A stretch of DNA of 58,417 nt. Source: a virus. Lineage: Duplodnaviria; Caudoviricetes. Shown one piece after another: positions 1-8,504 of the stretch. Position 1 is the first letter of the stretch; every line of letters starts with the position of its first letter. The stretch lies in the IMG/VR virus record IMGVR_UViG_3300009109_000006, positions 1 through 58,417 of that record; one strand, 5' to 3'. The position numbers and the translations under genes were made by a program. The notes below the pieces were generated by a model that worked only from the letters and a program-made list of their open reading frames with translations, made no database searches and was not told the origin of the DNA.

Positions 1-119
1 CACTCACACGGTGGCCGATTCAGCGGCAAGGCCAACCAACTCCTTTTCGATATGGCGCACCATGCCCCGCACATCCCCAACCACAACGCCTGTCTCACAG
101 CCGTTCCAGGGCGGCGACT
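1..119. repeat. Terminal direct repeat, left copy (circular assembly overlap)
   Basis: 1-119 is identical to 58299-58417 and overlaps the 3' end of the VWA gene; most simply an assembler k-mer overlap of a circular or circularly permuted genome. Confidence 0.95.
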
Positions 120-1959
120 GACGAGCGAGGTCGTCGTGACGCGCAGCGTTCCACTTACGATCATCTGTCGATGCAAGATAGATGAGGTGAGTGCTGACTC
201 CCAGGCTGCGAATGTCTCGCACAGCCCTCGTCGCACTGTCCCGCCTGAACCAGTCGCCGTCCGTGATGGCGAACATCACCTTGTGCCTTTTGTCGGAAAC
301 CGCAAACACACGGTAAGCCGCTTCCAGTGCGGCGTGTGGCAGTGTGCCGCCAACTACGGGGAAGACAGCCACCTGCTCGCCCGCCGGAGACTCTGCCCTA
401 TACAGCACAGACATCTCGTTGCTGTAGCCAACCACGGTGCAGGGGATGTCCAGCCGGTCACACGATTTCTTGATCGTCCACATAGCCTCGGACGAGGCAA
501 CCATATCTTCACCCATTGACTGCGACTGGTCAAGCAAGACAACAACTTCAATCGAAGTGGCGTCGTCCCCTGCATCTTTCCACTCGTCAAAGACATCAAG
601 GTCCACACCTCTGCTTTGCATCATGGCTTCGATGTTGACTCGCCCACTTGACACTCGCTTCACCCAGGCAGGCTCGGCGTCATATCGCAACTGCGCCATT
701 GCAGTCGTCAAACGGTCGGCAGCAGTTTTGCTCGCCGCCGCAGGAGCCTTTGAGTAGGTAGAAGCGTACTTCTTGCTGCCCGCATTGGTAAGAGCAATTT
801 TCTCCAACTCTCGGGCAGCCTGGATGGTGTCCAGAATGTCGGTGCGAGTGGCGTCAAGCGCCTCGTCCACTGCTTTAGCAGCCTGCTCTTCCAAGGTGTC
901 AGGGGTGGCCGAACCATCTCCTGCGGTGGCAGTAGTCGCCTCGGCTTTCTCTGCCTCAGCATCTTCTTCCTTGTCGCCCATGGGGCACGGCGCACTCTGG
1001 CTGCCACCATCGGCCTCATCATCAGCATCAGCCTGTTCTTGGATACGGCGCTGCTCTTTCACTGACTCAGCACTAGATGCACGCTGATGCTCGTGGCCGT
1101 GCGTGACGTTCGGAACCATGTCCTCAGACCTTTTGTGGGTGTGCGTTTCGGCCTGACGCTCAAACCAGACGGCCAACTCCCGAACCAGTTCTACTGCACG
1201 GTCGCCGTCTGACGGGAACGACAATGAACGGTACTCGTCAATGATCTTCTCCAGCATGGTGGTGTCGGCCTCACCAAATCTGGCTACAGACTTAGCCCTG
1301 GCGCGCTGCCGCATGTCTGCCGGAAGGTAGCGCCGCCCATGAAGAAGCAGGTGCCGCAAGGCCCAGTGATCCTTGGCGTATTCAGGATCGGAAGAAACCG
1401 GCGCTCCCGCGTGGTCCAGAACCCACTGAGCAACAGTCAAGGTGAAGTAGTCGCTTGACACCGGCCAACGAGCCACGAACAGGCGCTCAATCCGCTGGTC
1501 TTCCAGAAGGTTGAAGCACCGCCATGCACTTGGATGATCCTTCGTCAGCCTCCGAATATCGGGGAGGGGCTTGTGAGTGTGGCGCGGCGTATACAGAACG
1601 TGAGCCAACTCGTGGTAGTTCAGCCCTTTGCACGCTGACATCGAACGTACAAGTGCGCTGGCGTTATTCGGAGATAGCACCGTTTGCAGGTGGCTCTTGG
1701 ACAGAAAGATGGTTTCGCCATCTGTCCAGCCGGGTGGGGTAGCACCATCAAACGACCAAGTGATTGGATTGCTGAGTTTCACTGGGACAGTGCGCCCGGC
1801 AACGATGGAGTTGACTTTCGTGAACACAGCAGCGAACGACTCTATGCGAGCCGCCAACTTTGCGTTGGCTAGGCGCTGCTTTGGCGTGAGCGTGGAGTCC
1901 ACGCCCAGCACATCACTGTCGTGGGAGTCCCGATAGCGACGCCTCTTATACCGCTTCAC
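4..1959 (-). CDS. VWA-domain protein with N-terminal HExxH metallopeptidase-like region (MoxR partner)
   Basis: HELAH and FNLLEDQRIE motifs; acidic linker; MIDAS motif LLDQSQSM and ITDGDW; adjacent to the AAA ATPase. Confidence 0.85.
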   Translation of the reverse strand: MKRYKRRRYRDSHDSDVLGVDSTLTPKQRLANAKLAARIESFAAVFTKVNSIVAGRTVPVKLSNPITWSFDGATPPGWTDGETIFLSKSHLQTVLSPNNASALVRSMSACKGLNYHELAHVLYTPRHTHKPLPDIRRLTKDHPSAWRCFNLLEDQRIERLFVARWPVSSDYFTLTVAQWVLDHAGAPVSSDPEYAKDHWALRHLLLHGRRYLPADMRQRARAKSVARFGEADTTMLEKIIDEYRSLSFPSDGDRAVELVRELAVWFERQAETHTHKRSEDMVPNVTHGHEHQRASSAESVKEQRRIQEQADADDEADGGSQSAPCPMGDKEEDAEAEKAEATTATAGDGSATPDTLEEQAAKAVDEALDATRTDILDTIQAARELEKIALTNAGSKKYASTYSKAPAAASKTAADRLTTAMAQLRYDAEPAWVKRVSSGRVNIEAMMQSRGVDLDVFDEWKDAGDDATSIEVVVLLDQSQSMGEDMVASSEAMWTIKKSCDRLDIPCTVVGYSNEMSVLYRAESPAGEQVAVFPVVGGTLPHAALEAAYRVFAVSDKRHKVMFAITDGDWFRRDSATRAVRDIRSLGVSTHLIYLASTDDRKWNAARHDDLARQSPPWNGCETGVVVGDVRGMVRHIEKELVGLAAESATV

Positions 1960-2843
1960 TCGCTCACCTCCTCGGTGTTCTCGTTGTTCTGAGTGTCGTC
2001 CTCGCCGAACAGTTCGCTCTTGATGAGCGTGGCTTCCAGCGTGAGAACCTCACGCACCACCACCTGCTCGTCGGGCGAGAAAGAGTTGACGAAGTTGCCC
2101 ATGGCAAAGTCGAAGCCCAGGTTGTCGCTGGTAGCGAACTCCTCAAACTCCAACAGCATGTTGGTGCTGACCGGAGTAGTGAGGTCACCCACGGCGTGGC
2201 GCTCACGCAGCGAGCCTGCCAATGTCAGCAAAGTGTTGCTGGCCACCAGTTCGGCCTCTACGTCTGTCGAATACGGGAACGACAACTTGATGGCAAACCT
2301 GTTCCTGAACGCTTGGTTGAGCGGGCGAGTGCCATGGTAGCCACGATTCATGGTGGCGATGATCTGGCAGTTCGGGTGGGCACGAAGTTCTGTGGGGAAC
2401 GACGACCCTGACGCCTCAGGAATGCTGATGGCACGACGGCGATCCAACAGCGAGTGCAGGTAGACGGAAATCTTGGGAGGCATCATGTTCACCTCGTCCA
2501 AGTAGATGATTCCTCCATGCTCCACGGCCTTCAGGAGATCGCCCGGCACGAAGTCGAACGTGCCGTCGGGCTGGGGGGTCCAGCCGCCAATGAAGTTGCG
2601 TGGCTCCGCTGCCCCGTTGCACGGGATGTTGACCACAGGCAGGCCGACCTCGGCAGCAAAGGCCATGACCAGTGAGGTCTTGGCGCTACCGGTCGGCCCT
2701 TCGATCAGCACGTTGTGCCGCAGGGAGTGTGCCGTGGCGAGGGCGTCCAAATCACGGACACCATCGACTTCACGAGAAACGTAGTCCTCGTAGAAGAAGC
2801 GTTGCGGCACAAGGTGTGCCAGGGGATGGTCGGTGTTAGGCAT
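1956..2843 (-). CDS. MoxR/CbbQ/NorQ-type AAA+ ATPase
   Basis: Walker A GPTGSAKT, Walker B IYLDEVN, ATMN, AFRNRF; 4-bp overlap with the VWA gene. Confidence 0.9.
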   Translation of the reverse strand: MPNTDHPLAHLVPQRFFYEDYVSREVDGVRDLDALATAHSLRHNVLIEGPTGSAKTSLVMAFAAEVGLPVVNIPCNGAAEPRNFIGGWTPQPDGTFDFVPGDLLKAVEHGGIIYLDEVNMMPPKISVYLHSLLDRRRAISIPEASGSSFPTELRAHPNCQIIATMNRGYHGTRPLNQAFRNRFAIKLSFPYSTDVEAELVASNTLLTLAGSLRERHAVGDLTTPVSTNMLLEFEEFATSDNLGFDFAMGNFVNSFSPDEQVVVREVLTLEATLIKSELFGEDDTQNNENTEEVSE

Positions 2844-2918
2844 GGAGTGTTTCCTTTCTCCGTTGGGCTAGATGAACACTAGCAGATTGTGTCAATGGTT
2901 GTTGTCATTACTTTCTTC

Positions 2919-2964
2919 GTCCCTGCCCCGGCCTCGCACCGGGGGTGGCTGCTAGTCAGGGGAG
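2919..2964 (-). other. tRNA-minihelix-like structured element, copy A
   Basis: CCCUG...CCCCGG-UGCGAGG-CCGGGG-CAGGG-AC; covaries with copies at 3646 and 4480. Confidence 0.6.
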
Positions 2965-2974
2965 TGAGGGCGAA

Positions 2975-3235
2975 TCAGCCGTCCGTGTTCCACGACCGAA
3001 ACGGCTTGTGGTCCACGGTGTACTGAGCGCACTCACAGCCATCTCCCACCGGATGGTTGTGGGAGAGGATGTAGAGGTCGGTGGGCAGGTTGTCGGTTGC
3101 CGCCTTGATCTCCAGTTCCTGTTCGATCATGGCAATGCCGCCAGGGTCGCTGTCGGCATCGACAATCCACTCGTCGTCAAACGATCCGTCCACGACGACC
3201 CAGCACTCGTAGTGCCCTCCGTTGTGGGTGTTCAC
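2975..3235 (-). CDS. Hypothetical protein
   Basis: Probable GTG start overlapping the upstream stop, after an AAGGAG RBS. Confidence 0.6.
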   Translation of the reverse strand: MNTHNGGHYECWVVVDGSFDDEWIVDADSDPGGIAMIEQELEIKAATDNLPTDLYILSHNHPVGDGCECAQYTVDHKPFRSWNTDG

Positions 3236-3441
3236 GCCGTCTCCTTTCTGTCGGTCAGTCGGTCCACGACCATGAGGCCGTGTGCCTTGGTGCAACGGTC
3301 GCAGTAGTAGTCGCCGTGCCCCTCGTAGAAGTCATCGAAGGCGTACACCGTGGCGACGTTCACGCACCGCTCGTCGGCCTTGGGCACCCAGCCTCCTTGG
3401 CATGGCCTGCCGTGATCCGTGTGAGTGATGGTGTTCTTCAC
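3232..3441 (-). CDS. Small Cys-rich hypothetical protein
   Basis: GTGA-coupled to neighbours; CxxC motif. Confidence 0.6.
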   Translation of the reverse strand: MKNTITHTDHGRPCQGGWVPKADERCVNVATVYAFDDFYEGHGDYYCDRCTKAHGLMVVDRLTDRKETA

Positions 3442-3611
3442 TTGCACTCCCCACGGTGGTTGTCGAACTCAGCAACAACCTCACGGTCAGTGTCGTGCCA
3501 CCGGGCTGTCTGCCACCCGCAGGCGCAGATGCCACCATGGTGGTCGCCAAAATCAACGAACCGAAGGGCGTGGAGCGGTGTCCATGTTGAGTTGATGGAT
3601 GGAGTTTTCAT
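3438..3611 (-). CDS. Small hypothetical protein (57 aa, CxCGW...H possible zinc-binding), not in the ORF track
   Basis: Read by hand: MKTPSINSTW...GICACGWQ...FDNHRGECK; AGAGG RBS; stop overlaps the next start. Confidence 0.6.
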   Translation of the reverse strand: MKTPSINSTWTPLHALRFVDFGDHHGGICACGWQTARWHDTDREVVAEFDNHRGECK

Positions 3612-3645
3612 TGGGTTCCTCTCTCTGTTTGTCGTTCATCACTTA

Positions 3646-3695
3646 GTCCCCTGCCCCGTCGTGAGCGGGGTGCCCGGCAGACCGGGACAGGGGGG
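3646..3695 (-). other. tRNA-minihelix-like structured element, copy C
   Basis: CCCCUG-U-CCCGG(UCUG)CCGGG-CA-CCCCG-CUCACGA-CGGGG-CAGGGG-AC. Confidence 0.55.
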
Positions 3696-3716
3696 TTGGT
3701 TCGGCGAGGGGTCAGA

Positions 3717-3947
3717 TCACTGCTCGTCCTCGCACCCGAGGCAGTCATCGGCGCACCGCTGGTCCGGGTCCTCGTGCCGCTCGTATTCGGCGTCCTCCGC
3801 GTTAAGTGCGCCGAAGTGTCCGATGACCAACTGGTACTCCTCGTACTCCTCCCAGAAGGCTTCTCCGGGCTCGTGGACGTACTCCGTGCCGAGGGGCTCT
3901 CCGGCTTCATTGGTGACGACGGTGTATGGCATGTCTTGCTCCTTCAT
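3717..3947 (-). CDS. Small acidic hypothetical protein
   Basis: ORF in the early operon with RBS; Glu-rich. Confidence 0.55.
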   Translation of the reverse strand: MKEQDMPYTVVTNEAGEPLGTEYVHEPGEAFWEEYEEYQLVIGHFGALNAEDAEYERHEDPDQRCADDCLGCEDEQ

Positions 3948-4004
3948 GGTGGTTTTCGTCGATGTCTACCCATTCGACCTTACGGTCGCCTCTGATTACG
4001 CTGA

Positions 4005-4451
4005 TCATGCTCGGGCCTCCATGTAGATCCGGCGGGACTCGTCCATCCGGGCGGCGCACTCAGCGACGGTCCACTCCACGCGGTGGTGGTATGGGCTGCC
4101 GTCGGCAGGCATCAACTCCAGACCGTTGCCGATCTCGTTGAGGATGAAACCCTCCGGGCACGGGACGGTGATGTTGCCGTCGTCGGTGGCCTTCTCGCCA
4201 GCGAACACGACCGGGCCGACCAACTTGTGGGCGTATCCGGTCCACTGGCGAGCGATCATGGAACCGACGAGGTTCAGGGTGAAGTCCTGACGCATCAGCC
4301 CCTCCTCGTTGACCCACGCCACGACGCCTCCGGGGAGATCGACTGCTTCGATGTAGCCGTCCACCAGAGTGGACAGGTCCGCGTAGGTGTCGTCGGTGGG
4401 GACGACGCGGAAGGCGTCGCCGTTGTCGTTGATTACGAGGTAGTTCTTCAT
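4005..4451 (-). CDS. DUF3846-like phage protein
   Basis: LVDGYIEAV, VNEEG, N..GS and LVGPVVF pattern; AAGGAG RBS. Confidence 0.75.
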   Translation of the reverse strand: MKNYLVINDNGDAFRVVPTDDTYADLSTLVDGYIEAVDLPGGVVAWVNEEGLMRQDFTLNLVGSMIARQWTGYAHKLVGPVVFAGEKATDDGNITVPCPEGFILNEIGNGLELMPADGSPYHHRVEWTVAECAARMDESRRIYMEARA

Positions 4452-4479
4452 GGTGTCTCCTTGTTGGTGGTTGGTAGTC

Positions 4480-4524
4480 GTCCCCGCCCTGGGCTTGCAC
4501 CAGGGTGCCGACTAGTCGGGGGGC
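4480..4524 (-). other. tRNA-minihelix-like structured element, copy B
   Basis: CCCCG-ACUAGUCGGCA-CCCUGG-UGCAAGC-CCAGGG-CGGGG-AC. Confidence 0.6.
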
Positions 4525-4525
4525 G

Positions 4526-4867
4526 CTAGCAGCGTGCTGGGGTGACCTTCCTAGCCACCTTGGTGACTCGCTCTCCCCAGAACGTGTGCGCTGCAACGCA
4601 ACGGGACGCCGACGGCGTGCCCTCTACGTTGTACGGTCCATGGCAATGGACTTGGACACGGCCATCCGGTGTGGTGTCAGCCGAACGGAACTTGAACCAG
4701 CCCCTCTTGCCGCTCACCCGGAATAGCCGACCGGCAACCAGCGGGAGGCAACCGTCCAGGCGAAGTTCCTCGTGGAACTTCCACCCTGCCGCCTCCTTGG
4801 CTGCACGCTGTTCGGCATGGCACTGGCGCAGCGCCTTGGCCGCAGTAGCCGTAGCCTTTGGTGCCAT
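4526..4867 (-). CDS. Hypothetical basic protein
   Basis: AAAGGAG RBS before ATG at 4867; the longer ORF-track extension runs over the RNA gene. Confidence 0.65.
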   Translation of the reverse strand: MAPKATATAAKALRQCHAEQRAAKEAAGWKFHEELRLDGCLPLVAGRLFRVSGKRGWFKFRSADTTPDGRVQVHCHGPYNVEGTPSASRCVAAHTFWGERVTKVARKVTPARC

Positions 4868-4987
4868 ATCATCACTCCTTTCAGGTCCGAACATTGAAGG
4901 CTGTTCGATGAGCCTGTAGGTCAGTGAGAGAGCAGTGCCAGGAGGACACACACAAGAACGGGACCACTTGGTCACTGCTCTCTCTTG

Positions 4988-5066
4988 TGGAGGTGCGGGG
5001 AATCGAACCCCGGTCCATTGAGGTCCGTGTACGGCTTTACTCAATGTCGATGCCAATGCCACCCCC
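4988..5066 (-). ncRNA. Minimal tmRNA-like RNA (tRNA-like domain only, no mRNA-like domain)
   Basis: GGGGGUG/CACCUCC-A acceptor stem with G3:U70; stemless D-loop ending UCGAC; helix AUUGAG/CUCAAU; GGAC; T-arm CGGGG-UUCGAUU-CCCCG; CCA not encoded (CAA follows). Confidence 0.8.
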
Positions 5067-5770
5067 GTGTGACCAGCCATTGCTGGCTGGTCGGGGTTTT
5101 TACGCTTGAGATGCCTGCTAGTACAGCGGGGTGCCGCTTGGGTTTTGCCAAGCCTTGGCACTGCTGGCGAGCCAGACAAACAGCACGATGCCAACGTGCT
5201 TTCCCTCACCAGGGATGTCTGCTTTGCAGGAGTTCAGTCCACTGACGGGGTACGGGTAGCGATCCTTGCTCGGCGCTAGGGAGTGTGTACTCCCTGCCGC
5301 TCACCTAAACATCCTGCTGGCTGAGTGGCTTGGGGGACAGCGTGCCTCGGTGACGGTTGGACAACCGCCGCTCAAACGAGCGGGGACGCAGAATGCTGGC
5401 TCCAAGTTCTCTAGCGGCAGGCTCAGTGAGCGTTGCGCCTCTACAGCGAACTGGGGGTATGCAGAGTCGGGACCAGACTCCATGGATGGGCAGGCGTTTC
5501 AATAGCCTCCCGGCCCCATGGCCCCTGGACGAACTCAGATTTGGAAAGAAGCGCAGATGCCACCCCTGGTCCTTGGCTGCTGGCCGCAAGCCCGGTCCTG
5601 CTTTCGGACGCTGGGTTGGTTCCCGCTATGGTCGGCACCTTGATGGTCCGGTCCCACCCTCCCCCGTAGGGGAGGCTGCCCTAGTCGCTTCGCCTGGCTT
5701 GATGTCCTGGCCGCATCTCCCGGTGTTCCCGGTGAGGCATCTGTTGGTTTTCAAGCGCCCGTTGGGCGCT
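5067..5770 (-). ncRNA. Candidate large structured non-coding RNA (or RNA cluster)
   Basis: No convincing ORF; at least nine hairpins including a cUACGg tetraloop (5658-5675); long-range stem 5554-5561/5736-5743; directly downstream of a near-consensus promoter. Confidence 0.55.
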
Positions 5771-5775
5771 CACCC

Positions 5776-5804
5776 ATTCTAGCACACTCTGTCATGGGTA
5801 TCAA
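5776..5804 (-). promoter_or_regulatory. Sigma70/SigA-type promoter
   Basis: TTGATA (5804-5799), 17-nt spacer, TAGAAT (5781-5776) with extended -10 TG. Confidence 0.75.
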
Positions 5805-5905
5805 ATCATTGGCGTAGGGGGCAGTGGCCAGAGACACCATGGAGTCCACCTGCACTGCCCGCCCCACGGGTATAGTCGCCCAACCCAACTCAACAGGAGG
5901 ACTAG

Positions 5906-6202
5906 ATGCTCGGCTGTACCGTTGCCCGCTACCGACCGACTCGCCATGCCCGCTCGGCTGTTCGCTCATTTGAGCGAAGGGTTCAGGCTTGCTATCAGAA
6001 GAAAGGGCAGCACGTTGTACCAGCACTTTGCCGCCCTATTGCCTGCAAAAAGAACGATGGCTGCCAGAGGCATTTCTGGGAAATGAGACACCAACAAACT
6101 GCTGCTTCCAAACGGGTTGGATTGCCGGATACTTTCTGGGCGGCTGCTGCAAAAAGCGCCAGGGCGCTTAGCATTACTATTACTACTACTGAAAAGAAGT
6201 AG
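5906..6202 (+). CDS. Hypothetical basic protein
   Basis: AGGAGG RBS 5 nt before ATG; stop overlaps the helicase start. Confidence 0.55.
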   Translation: MLGCTVARYRPTRHARSAVRSFERRVQACYQKKGQHVVPALCRPIACKKNDGCQRHFWEMRHQQTAASKRVGLPDTFWAAAAKSARALSITITTTEKK

Positions 6203-7473
6203 TGGTGTCTGGAAAAGATGAAGTTCTGTTTCTTTCAGCAGTCCTCAGACAAGGAGATGTAGTAACCCCTCTAGGCTCTGGCGTTACAAAGCATTGGTTC
6301 CACTCCTACCAAGATGAGTGGGAGTGGGTTGACTCTTATGTAAAGAGGCACCGTAAGTGCCCCTCCAAAACTCTCTTTAGAGACAGGTTCCCTGGGTTCA
6401 CTATTCTCAAATCAGATGACGTTGAATACACCATCAACCAACTGAGGGCCTCTCATATCAGGTTCTCTTTGATCGACACTGTTGACGACGTTCTGGAAAG
6501 ACTAAAAGATAGTGAAGACCCTTCTGGGGTTCTTGATTCTGCCTACCAAAGCCTGGCTTCGATTCAACTAGATGCTCATGGCGGGCAAAACGAAAGTGAG
6601 ATCATCTCCGACTGGGAAGGGACATTTTCAGAAGTTGCTCGCCGTTACGAACGGATGCAGGCCCGTGGTATGGCTGGGGTGCCTACGGGTTTTGCCACAC
6701 TGGACCTGCTAACCGGTGGCCCTCAGCCCGGCGACTACTGGATTGTGGCTGCCCGCCTCGGGCAAGGCAAGACATGGACGCTGATTCGTATGGCCTGTGC
6801 AGCCCTGTACGGCGAAGCCGTTGTTCAATACGATGCCTTAGAGCAGTCACGGGCACAGATTGCCATGAGGTGCCACACGTTCCTGTCTAGCCAGTACGGA
6901 ACTGAAGTGTTCAAGTCCATGGACCTGATGCACGGCAAGAACTTTGACCTTGTGGCATACAAGCGATTCTTGAAAGAGTTGAGCGGGAAACTGGATGGTC
7001 GTCTTGTGGTTGATGACACTTCCAGGGGGCGAGTCAGCCCGTCATCCATCGCTGCTCAGATTGAGCGCAATCGGCCGGACATCGTGTTCATCGACTACCT
7101 CACGCTTATGAACGCAGGCGGGGACGACTGGCGGGCCATGGCCGAACTCTCAGGTGAGATCAAGGGCATTGCCATGCGGTACGAGGTGCCCATCGTTGCA
7201 GCGGCTCAAATCAACCGCATGGCGATAGGCAATGATGTTCCTGGGGCTGAGCACTTGGCGGCTTCGGATGCGATTGGGCAGGACGCTGATGCCGTGGTCA
7301 CGATGCGGCAGATGAGCCAGCGTGTCATCAAAATGAAACTTGCCAAGTTTCGGCACGGAATGGACGGGCAGGCTTGGTTCAACGAGTTCTCCCCGAACAC
7401 CGGGCGGTTTGAGGAGATCAACGGCGATGACGCCAAAGACCTCATGGACGAAGACCGTGCCAACGCCGACTGA
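6202..7473 (+). CDS. dnaB: DnaB-like replicative helicase
   Basis: GVPTGF, ARLGQGKT (Walker A), VFIDYLTLM, AAQINR, IGQDAD, KFRHG. Confidence 0.92.
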   Translation: MVSGKDEVLFLSAVLRQGDVVTPLGSGVTKHWFHSYQDEWEWVDSYVKRHRKCPSKTLFRDRFPGFTILKSDDVEYTINQLRASHIRFSLIDTVDDVLERLKDSEDPSGVLDSAYQSLASIQLDAHGGQNESEIISDWEGTFSEVARRYERMQARGMAGVPTGFATLDLLTGGPQPGDYWIVAARLGQGKTWTLIRMACAALYGEAVVQYDALEQSRAQIAMRCHTFLSSQYGTEVFKSMDLMHGKNFDLVAYKRFLKELSGKLDGRLVVDDTSRGRVSPSSIAAQIERNRPDIVFIDYLTLMNAGGDDWRAMAELSGEIKGIAMRYEVPIVAAAQINRMAIGNDVPGAEHLAASDAIGQDADAVVTMRQMSQRVIKMKLAKFRHGMDGQAWFNEFSPNTGRFEEINGDDAKDLMDEDRANAD

Positions 7474-8353
7474 GGGGTTTATTTCCAAGCACCTTGATGT
7501 TCGGGCTAGGAGCGGTATTGAGTGGCAGTGCCTCTGCCCCTTTCACAACGACACCTCACCATCGCTGAGCGTCAACGTAAAAGACGGGGTGTTCATCTGC
7601 TTTGCCTGTGGGGCGAAGGGCACGGTGTCGGACATTGCGGCGCACCTTCAGGTCGGGAATGTGGTCGTCACGAAAGAGCGAGAAGACGACCGCATCTCCC
7701 GGCTTAGGAAGGAGGTGGCAGAACTGGCCTCAGAGCCTCCCAGAGCCTCTCTCGTCTACCCGGACGAGTGGCTGGGCAGGTTCGACCATCAAACCGACTA
7801 CTGGGCCTCCAGGGGCTTCTCTGAGCAAGTTCAGCGGGCGTTCCAACTGGGGTACGACCCGCTCCGCAACCATGCGGTTATCCCACTGCGGAATCAGCAC
7901 GGCGGCGTTGTGGGGGTTATCCGGCGTCAGTTGGATGACGGTGCCCACCCGCGCTACCTCTACCCGCGGGGGTTCAAGATCAGCCGCCACCTGTTTGGCG
8001 CACACGTTGCCCAGCACCATGATTCTCTAGCAGTAGTTGAAGGGTCACTGGACTGCATCGCCTGTTGGGATGCGGGTGTTCCGGCCGTGGCTCTACTGGG
8101 GTCAAGGTTGTCGCAGCACCAGGCAGATTTGCTCGGGATTTTAGGCCCCAACTTCATCGTGGCATTCACTGACCGGGACGAGGCGGGGAGAAACGCCGCC
8201 CAACAACTAGTTGATATGTTCGGGAGTCGGGTGAGTGTTCCTGAGTATCCAGCGCATTGGGTTGGCAAAGACCCGGCTGACTTGACCCCTGCTCAAAGGC
8301 TTGAAATGGCTGGTGTGGCTAGTATCATGCTGGAGACTGCTTACGGGCAGTGA
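7340..8353 (+). CDS. dnaG: DNA primase (CHC2 zinc finger + TOPRIM); true start probably GTG at 7457
   Basis: CPFHND...CFACG; VVEGSLD; DRDEAG; KDPAD. Confidence 0.9.
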   Translation: MPSFGTEWTGRLGSTSSPRTPGGLRRSTAMTPKTSWTKTVPTPTEGFISKHLDVRARSGIEWQCLCPFHNDTSPSLSVNVKDGVFICFACGAKGTVSDIAAHLQVGNVVVTKEREDDRISRLRKEVAELASEPPRASLVYPDEWLGRFDHQTDYWASRGFSEQVQRAFQLGYDPLRNHAVIPLRNQHGGVVGVIRRQLDDGAHPRYLYPRGFKISRHLFGAHVAQHHDSLAVVEGSLDCIACWDAGVPAVALLGSRLSQHQADLLGILGPNFIVAFTDRDEAGRNAAQQLVDMFGSRVSVPEYPAHWVGKDPADLTPAQRLEMAGVASIMLETAYGQ

Positions 8354-8386
8354 GTGTTCATACGAACCTCCTTTCATTGGGTAAAG

Positions 8387-8419
8387 GAAAGGCCAGGGCC
8401 TCAACAGCCCTGGCCTTTC
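8387..8419. terminator. Likely bidirectional intrinsic terminator between convergent transcription units
   Basis: 13-bp inverted repeat GAAAGGCCAGGGC/GCCCTGGCCTTTC between primase (+) and the late operon (-). Confidence 0.7.
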
Positions 8420-8504
8420 TGATTGTTTAGGAGTGTTGGCTGTGGCAGCGTGGTGTTGTCCTCAAACGGTGTGCCCGGCCATCACATAGCCAGCGGCAGG
8501 GCGG

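Noticed and set aside
1-119. Terminal repeat as a biological direct terminal repeat
   Set aside because: It overlaps a coding sequence and its 119-nt length matches a commonly used assembly k-mer; more likely a circularisation overlap.
4988-5016. tmRNA 3' end as an attP site
   Set aside because: No integrase was recognised, and the matching 5' end is present and pairs perfectly, which fits an intact RNA better. It cannot be fully excluded without the host sequence.
5067-5782. Short ORFs on both strands in the structured region, and the 5' extension of ORF 4526-5209
   Set aside because: No convincing RBS or protein-like composition; the extension overlaps the mini-tmRNA.
8425-8503. Possible small ribozyme after the last late gene
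   Set aside because: GC-rich, but I could not build a convincing HDV-like, hammerhead or twister fold by eye.
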